A stretch of 64,000 nt of DNA. It comes from Eledone cirrhosa. Lineage: Eukaryota. The translations under genes were made by a program, and so were the position numbers. Under the pieces are notes generated by a model. That model saw only the letters and a program-made list of their open reading frames with translations, was not told the DNA's origin and searched no databases. The first letter of the stretch is position 1. Each line of letters begins with the position of its first letter. This document shows, piece after piece, positions 15,023 to 26,355 of this stretch. The stretch is from the NCBI GenBank assembly GCA_964016885.1, contig OZ024740.1, forward strand, positions 195,238,001 through 195,302,000, in the 5' to 3' direction.

Positions 15023-15593
15023 AAACCGAGCATTATAATAAATGTTCGATAAACCAATACGTGCATATATATATGTGTGCATGTATGTATATATATACAT
15101 ACTACTGTACGTCTGTATACATATATGTATGTACGTATACATACATACATACTTACATTTAAGTAAGTGCCGTACTAAGAGTGAGAAATGAAATTTTGTT
15201 TCTTTCTATTCCATTTATCGTTTTCGGTGCGCCCGGCCGACTGAACTCACTCGATATGCAAATTAGGCTGCTCAGCCATTAATATGCATAACGAAAGTAT
15301 ATACTTTCAGACGTTCAACCATCTGGCAGGAAGGTATATGATGCTGCTGATAGCTAATAAGCTTGAAACTAGTACATCGTTCCTGTGTCAATGTTGAACA
15401 AAAAGGTGACGTGGTTGCCTGAACACTGTACGGCGTAATTCAGGCTGTTTGTTTGTGTACAAAAAAAAAAAAACCGAGCATTATAATAAATGTTCGGTAA
15501 ACCGATATGTGCATATATATATGTGTGCATGTATGTATATATATACATACTACTGTACGTCTGTATACATATATGTATGTACGTATACATACA
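15023..15593 (+). mobile_element. ORF-less retrozyme-like element, 448-nt period with ~123-nt terminal redundancy
   Basis: 15023..15145 is repeated at 15471..15593; internal HHR-like motif; followed by (TA)n. Confidence 0.65.
15327..15385 (+). ncRNA. Type I hammerhead-like motif (A6C core variant or decay)
   Basis: Stem I atgatg/catcgt extended by cagga/tcctg across a bulge; core ctgctga; stem II agct-aata-agct; GAAA; palindromic ctag; UA site at 15373-15374. Confidence 0.65.
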
Positions 15594-15594
15594 A

Positions 15595-15707
<113 letters not shown>

Positions 15708-15784
15708 TATATATATATATATATATATATAAATATATATATATTTATAAATATATATATATATATATATATATAAATATATAT

Positions 15785-16385
15785 TGTTATACTTTGGGAG
15801 GGTCATGTTGCCAATAAGAAACACACGCACCAGTTGCTTTCACTTCAATTTATTATATATTTATAAATTTATAAATTTATAAATTTCTGGTTGGTTGGTT
15901 CCACAACCAGATAGTTGTTTATATATAGTCATAGTTCTTTCGTCACACACTCTGTGACCTCTTCAGTGACTGGGGATTCCTTTCTTTGTTTCTGTGCCTC
16001 TCCTTTGTTCTGTCCTACGCCATTTTGTTTCTGTGTGTGTGTGTTGTGTGCTCAGTCTGCGCATGCGCTACATCCGGGTGTCTGTGTGTGTTTATGTTCA
16101 TTTATTTATTTGTTTATTTACATGTTACTGGTTGGTTGTTTGTTCTATGTGTGTGTGTGTTTTCATTTTGTCCTTAATTGTAAGTTGTGATGTTGCTGTT
16201 CCACTCATATTTTCTATTTAATTTTGGTTGTAATTCTTTTATGTTTAAAAGAATTTGTCTAAACATTGCGTCTTTTCTGTGTGTAGATTCTATTTTTATT
16301 TCTATGTTCTCTAATTTACCCTTAGCATTTTGGTAGAGTACAGATGATTCTTTATTATCTTGAAGGTCTCGCCAGTGTTCATTAA
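15785..16385 (-). mobile_element. Penelope-like element 3' remnant with HHR
   Basis: Minus-strand translation near 16200-16385 ([18 protein letters not shown]...DAMFRQILLNIKELQPKLNRK) resembles a PLE GIY-YIG C-terminus; HHR at 15927..15971; flanked by (TA)n on both sides. Confidence 0.6.
15927..15971 (-). ncRNA. Minimal type I hammerhead-like motif
   Basis: Minus strand reads agtca-CUGAAGA-g-gtcaca/tgtgac-GAAA-gaac-UA-tgact; stems I and II pair. Confidence 0.6.
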
Positions 16386-16388
16386 ATA

Positions 16389-16477
<89 letters not shown>

Positions 16478-16504
16478 GTGCATATATATATTTATATATA
16501 TATG

Positions 16505-16544
<40 letters not shown>

Positions 16545-16564
16545 TATATATAAATCTTTTTTTT

Positions 16565-16866
16565 TCATCATTTTATGATGGGAACTGATTCTGGCTTGAT
16601 TTCTACAGCTGGATGCCCTTCCTAACACCAACCTCATTTACAGTGAGTGCTGGGTGCTTTTTTGCTGTGGCACCTCCACGTCCACTTTGCAGTGGAATGA
16701 TAGTGACCCCAGTCCCTATCATCTCATTTCTACAGCTGAGTAAACTGGAGCAATGTGAAATAAAGTGTCTTGCTCAAGGAAACAACACATCACCCGGCCT
16801 GAGAATTGAACTCACAACCTTTCGATTGCAAGGCTAATGCTCAAACCACTAAGCCATGTGCCTCCA
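16565..16866 (-). mobile_element. Full-length tRNA-derived CORE-type SINE with RTE-derived tail
   Basis: Pol III A box TGGCTTAGTGG (16846-16856), B box GAGTTCAATTC (16803-16813), CORE-like tgtttccttgagcaagacacttta, then the RTE 3' motif ggttggtgttaggaagggcatccagc. Confidence 0.85.
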
Positions 16867-16976
16867 TATATAAATATATATATATAAATATAAATAATGC
16901 AACTCAACTTTTTAAATGGAAGTTGCATTATTTATATATAAATATATATATATAAATAAATATATATAAATAAATA

Positions 16977-17022
<46 letters not shown>

Positions 17023-17025
<3 letters not shown>

Positions 17026-18540
17026 TCATCATCATCATCATCATTTTACGTCCGCTTTTCCCTACTTGCAAGGGTGGGACGGGTCTTATTCAGCACAGCA
17101 TCTCTCCACTCGTCACGGTTCCTCGTCATCTCCGCCGTGAGCTTCAATGATCTGAGGTCTGTTCTCACCACCTCCGCCCATGTTTTTCGTGGTCTACCTC
17201 TACCACGTCTTCCTTCAACTGGCATTTCCTGGCACTTCTTCACCCATCGGTCATCCTCCATGCGCATCGCATGTCCATACCACCTCAGTCTCCTCTCCCG
17301 TACACTACATTCTATCCCTCTCAGACACAGTTTCTCTCTCAACACATTTATGCTGGGTCGTTCACGCACATTTACACTGCACATCCAACGGAGCATGCTT
17401 ACCTTATTTCTCTCCAGCCGTCGCATATCTTCTGCGGTTGCTGCCCATGTCTCACTACCATGCAGCATCGCGCTCCTCACACAGGCATCATACAACCGGC
17501 CTTTCGTACGCAGGGAGAAACCCTTCTTCGTCAACAGAGGAAGCAGCTCCCTAAACTTCTTCCAACCCGTCCTTATTCTAGATACTATGGCCTCGGAACA
17601 CCCTCCTCCCATGCTAATCTGATCTCCTAGGTACCGGAAGCTATCCACCACTTCTATAGCGCCCTCTCGCATTTGAAAAATGTGTCTATCAGTGCGACTT
17701 CTACTGTCTAATTTCCCTGTACATCTACTGCATACATATTTCTCCCTACCTGTTAGTTTGCCTGCTATCCCGCTACATCTCTTGTGTACCCAGGACCTGC
17801 ATTGTGTGCATTTTATAGAATTTATGCCAGTTCCTTTTCTGCATATCGAACATGACCATTTCCCTGACAGAATCAGGGTTTTGTCCTCTTTTCTACTCAT
17901 CAACACTTTTGTCTTAGCTAGATTTACTCTCAGTCCTCTTGCTTCCAACTGCTGTTTCCATAGCCGGAATTTATTCTCTAGCTCCTCTACTGATTCTGCT
18001 ATAAGAGCCAGATCGTCAGCATAGAGAAGTTCCCATGGACAGCCAGTCTTAAACTCCTCTGTTATGGCTTGGAGGACTATAATGAACAAGAGCGGGCTGA
18101 GGACCGAACCCTGATGTACTCCTACTTGTATCTGGAATTCCTCACTAAACTCCATTCCTACCCTGACTTTACTGAGAGTACCTCTGTACAAAGTTTGCAC
18201 TGTCCTCACAAGCCATTCCTCAACACCTAGCTTCCTTAGGGACCACCAGATGACAGATCGGGGTACCCTATCAAAGGCCTTCTCTAGGTCAACAAAGGCT
18301 AAGTATAGTGGCTTATTCTTCTCTAAGAACCTCTCTTGCATTTGTCTCACCAAGAAGAGGGCATCTGTTGTACTCTTCCCAGGCACAAAACCAAACTGCA
18401 TCTCATCTAGTTTGACCCTTTCTCTAATTAGTTGTGCTAAAATCCTTTCTGCCACTTTCATAACCTGATCTATCAGTTTTATACCCCTATAATTGCTCCT
18501 CTCCAAAGCATCCCCTTTACCTTTGTAGCAATTTATGAGA
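17023..18540 (-). mobile_element. 5'-truncated RTE-clade LINE with uninterrupted RT-PHD ORF (17046..18506)
   Basis: RT motifs FVDLEKAFDRV, GVHQGSVLSPLLF and LLYADDL; C4HC3 PHD finger; RTE C-terminal RRLRWYGH and GRPRKTW; (GAT)n tail. Confidence 0.95.
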
Positions 18541-19294
18541 ATACGTCTTCATATTTTCCTATGCTGTTTTGTTGCTGTGCTGATAAACGATTTGGCATTG
18601 ATACACTGGTTGGATGCCCTTCCTAACACCAGCGCCACTTTACAGCATGGACTGGGTGCTTTTATTTGTGCCACCAGCACTAGAGAGGATGTCTTACTAG
18701 ACTCAAGGGCCCTCTCTACCCCTCCATTTTACAGCATGATCATTTAAAAAAAAAAAATAAAAAAAAAACGTATTGACACGACGCACACACAAACACTCAC
18801 ACACCAATACTCATGCATACAAACCACAACCACACATACCAACACTCATTCATGCATATAATCACACACACCACTCACAAACACATATATATACATATAT
18901 TACCGACAGTACTGATACAAAATCAAAATCGTCAAAGTCAAAATCACTATCATGTCAACTGTTGACCTTTCCCTGTCCAGTTCAGTTTGTATATAATAAT
19001 AATAACAATAATAATTGTTTGCTTTACGCTGGTAATGGCGGTGGTGGATGGTGTCAGTGTGGTGGTGGTGGATGGTATCAGTGTGGTGGTGGTGGATGGT
19101 CAGTGATGGTGGTGGCAGTTGGTGGTGCTGTAGTTGTTATTGTAGTTGTTGTCGTTGTTGCTGTTGTTGTTGTCCTTCATTTCACTGCTGCTATATAAAT
19201 GTATATATTTATATAAATGTATATATATATATAAATGTATATATATATATAAATGTATATATATATATAAATGTATATATATATCTAAATGTAT

Positions 19295-19333
<39 letters not shown>

Positions 19334-19491
19334 AATATATATATATATAAATACGATATTAACAAATGGAAACTATATTTATAAAACCATATTTATTTCA
19401 TTATATATGTATATATATGTATATATATATATGTGTATATATATATATATGTGTATATATATATATATATGTGTATATATATATATATGTG

Positions 19492-19552
<61 letters not shown>

Positions 19553-19606
19553 ATATATATATATATATATTATATATATATGTGTATATATATATATTAT
19601 ATATAT

Positions 19607-19639
<33 letters not shown>

Positions 19640-19652
19640 GTATATGTGTATA

Positions 19653-20448
19653 TGTGGATGTTGCCCTCCTCAACTTCCGAATCAACATCACGGAACAGGG
19701 AGGGATCCACTGCAATTTCTTCCGAAAGGCAGCCTGCAGGGACCTGTTCGTCCACTACAAGTCCGCCCTCCCTAACAGTGCCAAAAGAGGATACATCACG
19801 AACGAGATCGCGCGAATCAAAAACAGATGCCAAAACTCATACCAAGCGATTCCTCGGGGTGCTGGAGATGAACGGGTACCCTACCTCACTCACAGACAGA
19901 GTAGGAGACACCAGACACAAGAGAGAGGCACCAAAGGCAAGTGCTTCCTTAAAATGCCACACCTGGGCGAGAATACCACCAATGCTATCCGCAAGGCTAT
20001 ACGGAGTGAGGGCCTCAACATCCACCTGACCCACTCGGACCCCTCCCTGTGAAGATGCCTCTCCAGGAAACCCGGGAAATCAACTGACGTGTGCTCCCTC
20101 AGAGACTGCCCGATGCGCCATGCGAACTTTTGCCTACGCACATACATCGTGTAAAAGGTAGAATGTAACAAGTGCAACCAATACTATATAGGTAGCACAA
20201 TCCGGCCGTTGCACATCCGGATCAAGGAACACACTAAAAACAGGGCCTTGTCTTTCCGGAAACACATAGCCAAATGCGGAAACAAAGAAGGAAGGCCCAT
20301 TGTCACAATTCTAGCGACAGAAAGAAATGTTGGCACGTTACGTATCAAGGAAGCACTTTCGATCAAACGCCTAGGGCCACAACTAAACAACCGATCCGAA
20401 AGAATCGAAATGAGGTGGTTGGTTTAAGTTAACAAATGATGCAGCAAC

Positions 20449-20490
<42 letters not shown>

Positions 20491-20766
20491 GCATTCCACC
20501 ATACGAACATACTACACTGACAATACAGAGGAACAAGGCAACAACACACGCACACACACACACTCAAGCGAGACAACAACACACGCACACACAGTAACAT
20601 TCACCAAACAGGTAGAGAATGGACTGACAGCTAGCGCCACCCCACTCCCACAATTGAAAGAACTACTTCGACCGCTGACCTCTGCCTTACCAACCCCATT
20701 TCACGCGCGCTCTGCTGAATACCTCAGATATTCAAAACAACGTTTCGCACCTTTCCGACAGACAAC

Positions 20767-20805
<39 letters not shown>

Positions 20806-21070
20806 CCACCCGGAAAAAAACCCATTTGATGGATGTGAATCAGAAATATATAGGGACAATTAAATCTCTCCCAAGGTAACTCTTTCTCGTGTTGTTTTAT
20901 TTTTATCTTTTACGATCTTTCCTTCATTCCTCTACACGTTACAGTCTTATACACGCCACGCATCTCAACGTATACCCACTTACATCTCTCTCTCCACCAC
21001 CGGATCTTGTTACCAGGAGATTTACCCATCTGCATTGTCGAGGCTTCCAAACGACTTAAAGAAATTTACC
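19653..21070 (+). mobile_element. 5'-truncated, decayed Penelope-like element (RT thumb, GIY-YIG endonuclease, 3' UTR)
   Basis: [46 protein letters not shown] and KEALSIKRLGPQLN in broken frames; degenerate HHR-like ccc...gaaa-tata-ta-ggg at 20821..20855; (TA)n on both sides. Confidence 0.85.
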
Positions 21071-21282
21071 ATATATATATATATATATATGTAGATAAAT
21101 CTACCAAAAGTTTACGGTAGTGTCCAATCCGTATGAAGAACTCAATGTAATCCGGATATCATGAAAAGAGAAGATGCATTCAAAAACTACTTTCGGTGAA
21201 AAATAAACGGAAAACAGAGTCAAGATAAATTATTAAAAAAATAATGAATAAACAAAGAAACAATTCCTTATATTAAAAAAAT

Positions 21283-21424
21283 TCATCATTTTACGATCGT
21301 TTCTAGGATATATATGTGTTAGAGTTGGTATGCATATTCTATAGATCTATGTACAATATTTATACAAACTATCAGAGGGAATATACATACCTACACATAT
21401 ATATGCTGTCTTCAGAAATAATGA
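21283..21424 (-). ncRNA. Type I hammerhead motif with ~105-nt stem II region
   Basis: Minus strand: tcattattt-CUGAAGA-(atatatatgtgt...acacatatatat)-GAAA-cgatcg-UA-aaatgatga; 9-bp stem I and palindromic stem III. Confidence 0.7.
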
Positions 21425-22055
21425 TATTTGTTTATTGATAAGAACAAAGATTCAATACAATAGGTCTGTTTGGGAACAGGTTTTGAATTGACCAATCAGG
21501 AGATATTGAGGGTCAAGATAGTATTATAGTAGTAAGAGAACCTTAAATTATGGGTAGAGGAAGGTAGATTTCAGTTTTGGATGGAAAAGAATATTATGAA
21601 TGAAGGATTATTTTAGGGAAGAAATAGGTCATATGCTGACCTCAGAAATAATTTTATTTGTTCATTGAATAAAACCAACAAAGATCTAATATATTCTGTC
21701 TGTTTGGTAAGAGGTTTAGAATTAACCAATAGAAAGTTAATAATTGGCCAAATGGTAAAATAGTAGTAATTGAAGCTTATTTTAGGGGTGAAACTAGGTC
21801 AGGTGGTCAGTAAAAGGTATACAAGCAGTTGCTGTTATAAAATAGTAATGCCAATACAAATATCTAAGGTAACCAAAGTTTTAAGATAAGAATGTTAGTG
21901 AAAAAATACATCTATGAAAAGAATATAAAATTAATTTAATTGATGGGTATATTTATATTGATAAAATTATACTAATACATATAGATATGATAAATAAGAG
22001 TTAGATGCAGTTGAAAAGTGCTGTTAAAGATGAGGGGGGATTAAAAGAATATAAA

Positions 22056-22091
<36 letters not shown>

Positions 22092-22257
22092 CCACATATA
22101 TATATACACATACATATACACATACACACATATATATATATACACACATATATACACCCATATACACATATATATACATACATGTACATATATATACACA
22201 CACATACACACACACACACACATACACACATATATATATACATACACACATATACAC

Positions 22258-22290
<33 letters not shown>

Positions 22291-22450
22291 TACATACACA
22301 CATACATACATACACACATATATACACACACATACACACTTATATATGCATATAATTATTGGGAGGGGGGATTAAATTTATTAGTGGGAAATAGTAAATA
22401 TATATAGATTTCAAGGAACATAGAGTCATAACCTGAAGTTAAAGCATTAT

Positions 22451-22845
22451 ATATGTTTACTTAATGGTATCAGTTTTAGGAAATGATATTTGTAAGAAGG
22501 AAAGCCAAATTATGTAGTTCATCAGTAGTAGAATATTAATTATAGGTTAACTAAATTAAAAATAGTTTATATATTAATTTCTAAAGTGTATATTAATTAG
22601 GTTTTTAATATTTAAAGCAGAATTATGTAGTTCATCAGTAGTAGAATATTAATTATCGGTTAACTAAATTAAAAATAATTATATATGTTTACTTAATGGT
22701 ATCAGTTTTAGGAAATGATATTTGTAAGAAGGAAAGCCTAATTATGTAGTTCATCAGTAGTAGAATATTAATTATAGGTTAACTAAATTAAAAATAGTTT
22801 ATATATTAATTTCTAAAGTGTATATTAATTAGGTTTATAATATTT
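22451..22845. repeat. Tandem duplication (~232-bp period with internal subrepeat) in a PLE 3' UTR
   Basis: atatgtttacttaatggtatcag... occurs at 22451 and 22683; attatgtagttcatcagtagtagaat occurs three times. Confidence 0.8.
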
Positions 22846-23406
22846 AAAGGTTTTTCTCAGTTTATGATTACACGATATTATTAATTCCTGTCGCTTATTT
22901 AATAGGATATCCTTAGATTTCATTATTTCGAAAAGTTCTTGGGAACATAATCTACATTCATTTCTACTATTTTGATAAGGGGTGGCCCTTTTGAGCACAC
23001 TCCAGGTCAGGTCATATTCTATATTCCTCTTTCTATAACTATTAATTATTTCAGCTAGAGATGTTGTATTAGCTAGTGCGGCATTTTTAAAACTATGTTT
23101 GTGGGTATTAAATCTTACCTTAAAATTGTTAGAGGTAGCTCCTATATATGAATAAATAGAGTCCTTAGTGTTAACTTTACATTTATATATTATGTTATTA
23201 ACAAGGCAATTTCCTTTTAATGGACAGTTTGCCTTGTTTCTACAGTTACAACTTTTCGTGAATCCTGTATCTGAGGAGATATTATGGTTAGTTTGATGTA
23301 CTGGTGGTATACTCATGGTTTTTTTACATTTATATGCATTATAGGCACTTATATTTTGCTTTATGTTTTTGGTTGTTGAGTAGGAGAATTTAACCGTTGA
23401 TCTATT

Positions 23407-23586
23407 GTCAACAACAAAACACACAGCATAGTGAATAGACTTAATATTGAAGATAGAACTGAACCTTTGGCATTGAAAAGACCACACTTCAACCTGAAAG
23501 ATCATAAATCTAACTTTAACTCTAATCCTTCTATAAGGCTTATATGCCCTTCCAAATCTGATATTGGAATAATTAGTAAAAAAATT
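23407..23586 (+). pseudogene. Inverted PLE RT N-terminal fragment joined to the minus-strand PLE
   Basis: LNIEDRTEPLALKRPHFNLKDHKSNFNSNPSIRLICPSKSDIG matches LIILDRTEPLDPISPHFTLKDHKSDFPNNPSIRLI of 24248..24856. Confidence 0.8.
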
Positions 23587-24027
23587 TGGTCGCGTGTATG
23601 TATTTATTTAATTTCAATTACATCTGTATTGTATTTTATTTACTTTATTCTTAACTCTGAAGCGGAGAATCTTTCAGTTTCCTAGTTAGAATTTTAGTCT
23701 ACGACTTCAGCTATACCATTTACGTGGTTTTGTCTTTGCGTGCAATTGTTCTCCACGCTCCACATAAGACGTATTATCTTCGTTTTTTCTGTTCATTGCC
23801 AGAGAACGTCTCTATGAACCAACTAAGAGAACATTAGTCTACGACTTCTTTTATACCATAAACGTGGTTCTGTTTTTGCATGTAATTGTTTTTCCCCGCT
23901 CCTATTAATGACGTATTATATTCGTTTTTTCCCGTTCTTTGCCAGGGAACTTTTCCACGAACCAAAGTATCGTCTTCCTGTCTTCCTCCGGTTGCAACGT
24001 TTATTTAAATATCCACTTCTGCGTTTA

Positions 24028-24101
24028 CAGATTGACTTTGTTAGTTTCAGAAGATCCCGTTAAGGGTGAAAGCAGTGATTCTTTGCTTAAACTTTAATCT
24101 G
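24028..24101 (+). ncRNA. Type I hammerhead-like fold in 5' pseudo-LTR (CAGAAGA core)
   Basis: cagattga...agttt-CAGAAGA-t-ccc-gttaa-ggg-t-GAAA-gca..tgc-UU-aaact-ttaatctg; all three stems pair. Second copy at 27290..27363 has a damaged stem II. Confidence 0.55.
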
Positions 24102-24247
24102 TTATTTTAATAAATATTTGCTCTTCGGTTCTTATATATTTGATATATATTTATCCTTATCGAGCCTTCTTTGGATTTTAGTCTTCAAGTTTATTATTAT
24201 TATTATTTGGCTCCCTCGGTTGAGCACTCTATTGACTTATATTCATC

Positions 24248-26355
24248 ATGCAGAAACAACATCTGAATATTTCTACAAAGAACATACCCGTACCAAGCAG
24301 GAAAACATACCTAAAACTCCTGAAACAGAAAACAGACGCGTTCATTAAAAGGTTGCGTTGGCGTGCCTTTTATTTTGATAATCCGCGAAAAGCTGACAAC
24401 AAACAGGATAAATTTAGGTTTAAAACCTATAATAACCCTCCGTGTAACCCAGCATTGCTACCCTTTGAAAATGATGTCTTGAAACTCATACGGAGTATCA
24501 AATTTCGGAATAGGAGCAATTCCTTCCAGCAGGATCTGAAGAATAGAATTCGTTCTATTAAGGATTCTAATGCCGTGCACGTCTATTCCGACAAAACTGG
24601 GAACCTATACCAAGTGGAGCGCAGTACTTACCATCAACTACTACATAATGCTGTAACTAAGGATTACCGTGAAACTAATCGGTGCGTCATCAATGAAATC
24701 AACGATGCTGGGTTTAAAATCACCTCTGATCTCATCATCCTGGACCGGACCGAACCTCTGGACCCTATTTCTCCCCACTTTACCCTGAAGGATCACAAAT
24801 CCGATTTTCCGAACAACCCCTCTATTCGGCTTATTACCCTACGAAGTCCGATTTAGGTAGACTTAGTAAAAGGATTCTTGATAGAATTATACCTGAAATT
24901 AGAAGTTTGTCCCCTCTTGCACTGTGGAACAATTCTTTCACAGTGATTGATTGGTTCAACGGCATATGTAACAAGGAACATTGCCGTTTTATCCAATTCG
25001 ACATCAACAATTACTACTCCTCCATCACTTTACCACTTCTCCTTAGAGCTATCAATCTCACTAAAACACTCACAGTGGTTAAGGATTTTGAAGTTGATGT
25101 CATCCTCAATGCCCATAAGTCGGTGTTTAATTTCGACGACTCTATTTGGATTAAAAAATCCAATAGTACCCCATTCGACATGAGTATGGGCGCCAGCGAT
25201 TCGGCGGAGGTTACTGATCTTATCGGCCTTTTCCTTCTTTTCTCTATCAAGGACGAATTCCCCAACGCAGGCAGTGGTTTGTACCGTGATGATGGTCTTT
25301 TAACCATGACTAAGTGCGGTCCTCGTGCTTGCGACAGGTTCAGAAAAGAACTCACAGCCTTCTTTAAAGGCTTCAACCTCTCTATACAGGTTGAGGCCAA
25401 CCTCTCGGCCGTTAATTACCTCGACGTTACCCTCAATTTATTGAATGGCTTGTATTACCCGTATAGAAAGCCGAATGATACGCTTAATTACATAAGTAAG
25501 CATTCCAACCATCCTACCAGCATAACCAAGAACCTGGTAAGAAACGTTTCATTGAGGCTTTCCCGTCTATCTACTAACGAGCATATTTTCAACGACCATT
25601 CCACTTATTACAATGAAGCTCTTGCTCGGAGTGGATTTGTCGATAAGGTAGCATATACAGAATACGAGAATAGACCTAGAAGAAATAGATCCCGTCGCAT
25701 TTGTTGGTATAACCCACCATATAATATGGAGGTGGCCACACCATTAGCTAAGATCTTTCTATCCCTTATTACGAAGCATTTTCCCCCTACACATAAATAT
25801 AGTAAAATTTTTAATAGAAATACTATTAAAATTTCTTACTCTACGACTCCTAACCTTGCACATAACATTACAGCTTCAAATTTAACTAAACTACCTAGCC
25901 GTAGGAACACGTGCAACCCTGTAGTTAGTACTAACTGTAATTGTAGGAATCGGGTTGATTGCCCCCTATCCGGGAAATGCCTCTCTAGTAACATTGTCTA
26001 CAAATGTAAGGTTGAAACACCCACGTCCCGTAGGGCCTACATAGGGTTAACCGCCAATAGATTCAAGCAGCGTCTCTACATGCATACCCATTCTTTTCAT
26101 TACCCTCTAAGAAGGAATATGACGTCACTTTCAGCTTATATCTGGAGTCTAAAAGACAACCTCACCCAATATAAGTTACACTGGGAGATCCTAGCTAGGG
26201 CTAGATCGTATAACGGAAATAAAAGACCATGTGACCTCTGCGCCGCTGAGTCCCTGGAAATACTCTACGCCACAGACCACATCTTAAACAATTTTGGCTT
26301 GTAAACATAAATTGCACAAAACTTTCCTGTATTACAGCCCCACTTTATACCCTAA
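24248..26355 (+). pseudogene. PLE reverse transcriptase plus C-terminal GIY-YIG endonuclease, frameshifted near 24840 and 26292
   Basis: SDKTGN, QFDINNYYSSI, MGASDSAE, LYRDDGL, NYLDVTL, WYNPPY, CNCR..CPL..C, IVY...YIG and CDLC motifs; the terminal CKHKLHKTFLYYSPHFIP* lies in another frame ending at 26355. Clade not determined. Confidence 0.9.

Larger units (their letters stand above)
21091..23406 (-). mobile_element. Penelope-like element 3' part (GIY-YIG endonuclease 22825..~23406, long 3' UTR, HHR)
   Basis: NRSTVKFSYSTT, CNCRNKANCPLKGNCL, IIY...YIG and CRLC motifs homologous to ORF 24907..26304; HHR at 21283..21424. Confidence 0.9.

Noticed and set aside
16795-16866. tRNA gene
   Set aside because: A and B boxes are present but it is the head of a multi-copy SINE, and no convincing cloverleaf was found.
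17074-18024. Antisense ORFs over the RTE RT (also 28350..29468, 56127..56758, 60277..60957)
   Set aside because: Shadow frames of the LINE ORF.
20040-20160. In-frame TGA in the PLE endonuclease as selenocysteine
   Set aside because: The TGA is not at an evident Cys position and the copy also has a TAA stop and frameshifts, so ordinary decay is the simpler explanation.
22510-22760. Three minus-strand CUGAUGA motifs
   Set aside because: No properly placed GAAA or pairing stems; they arise from a tandem duplication.
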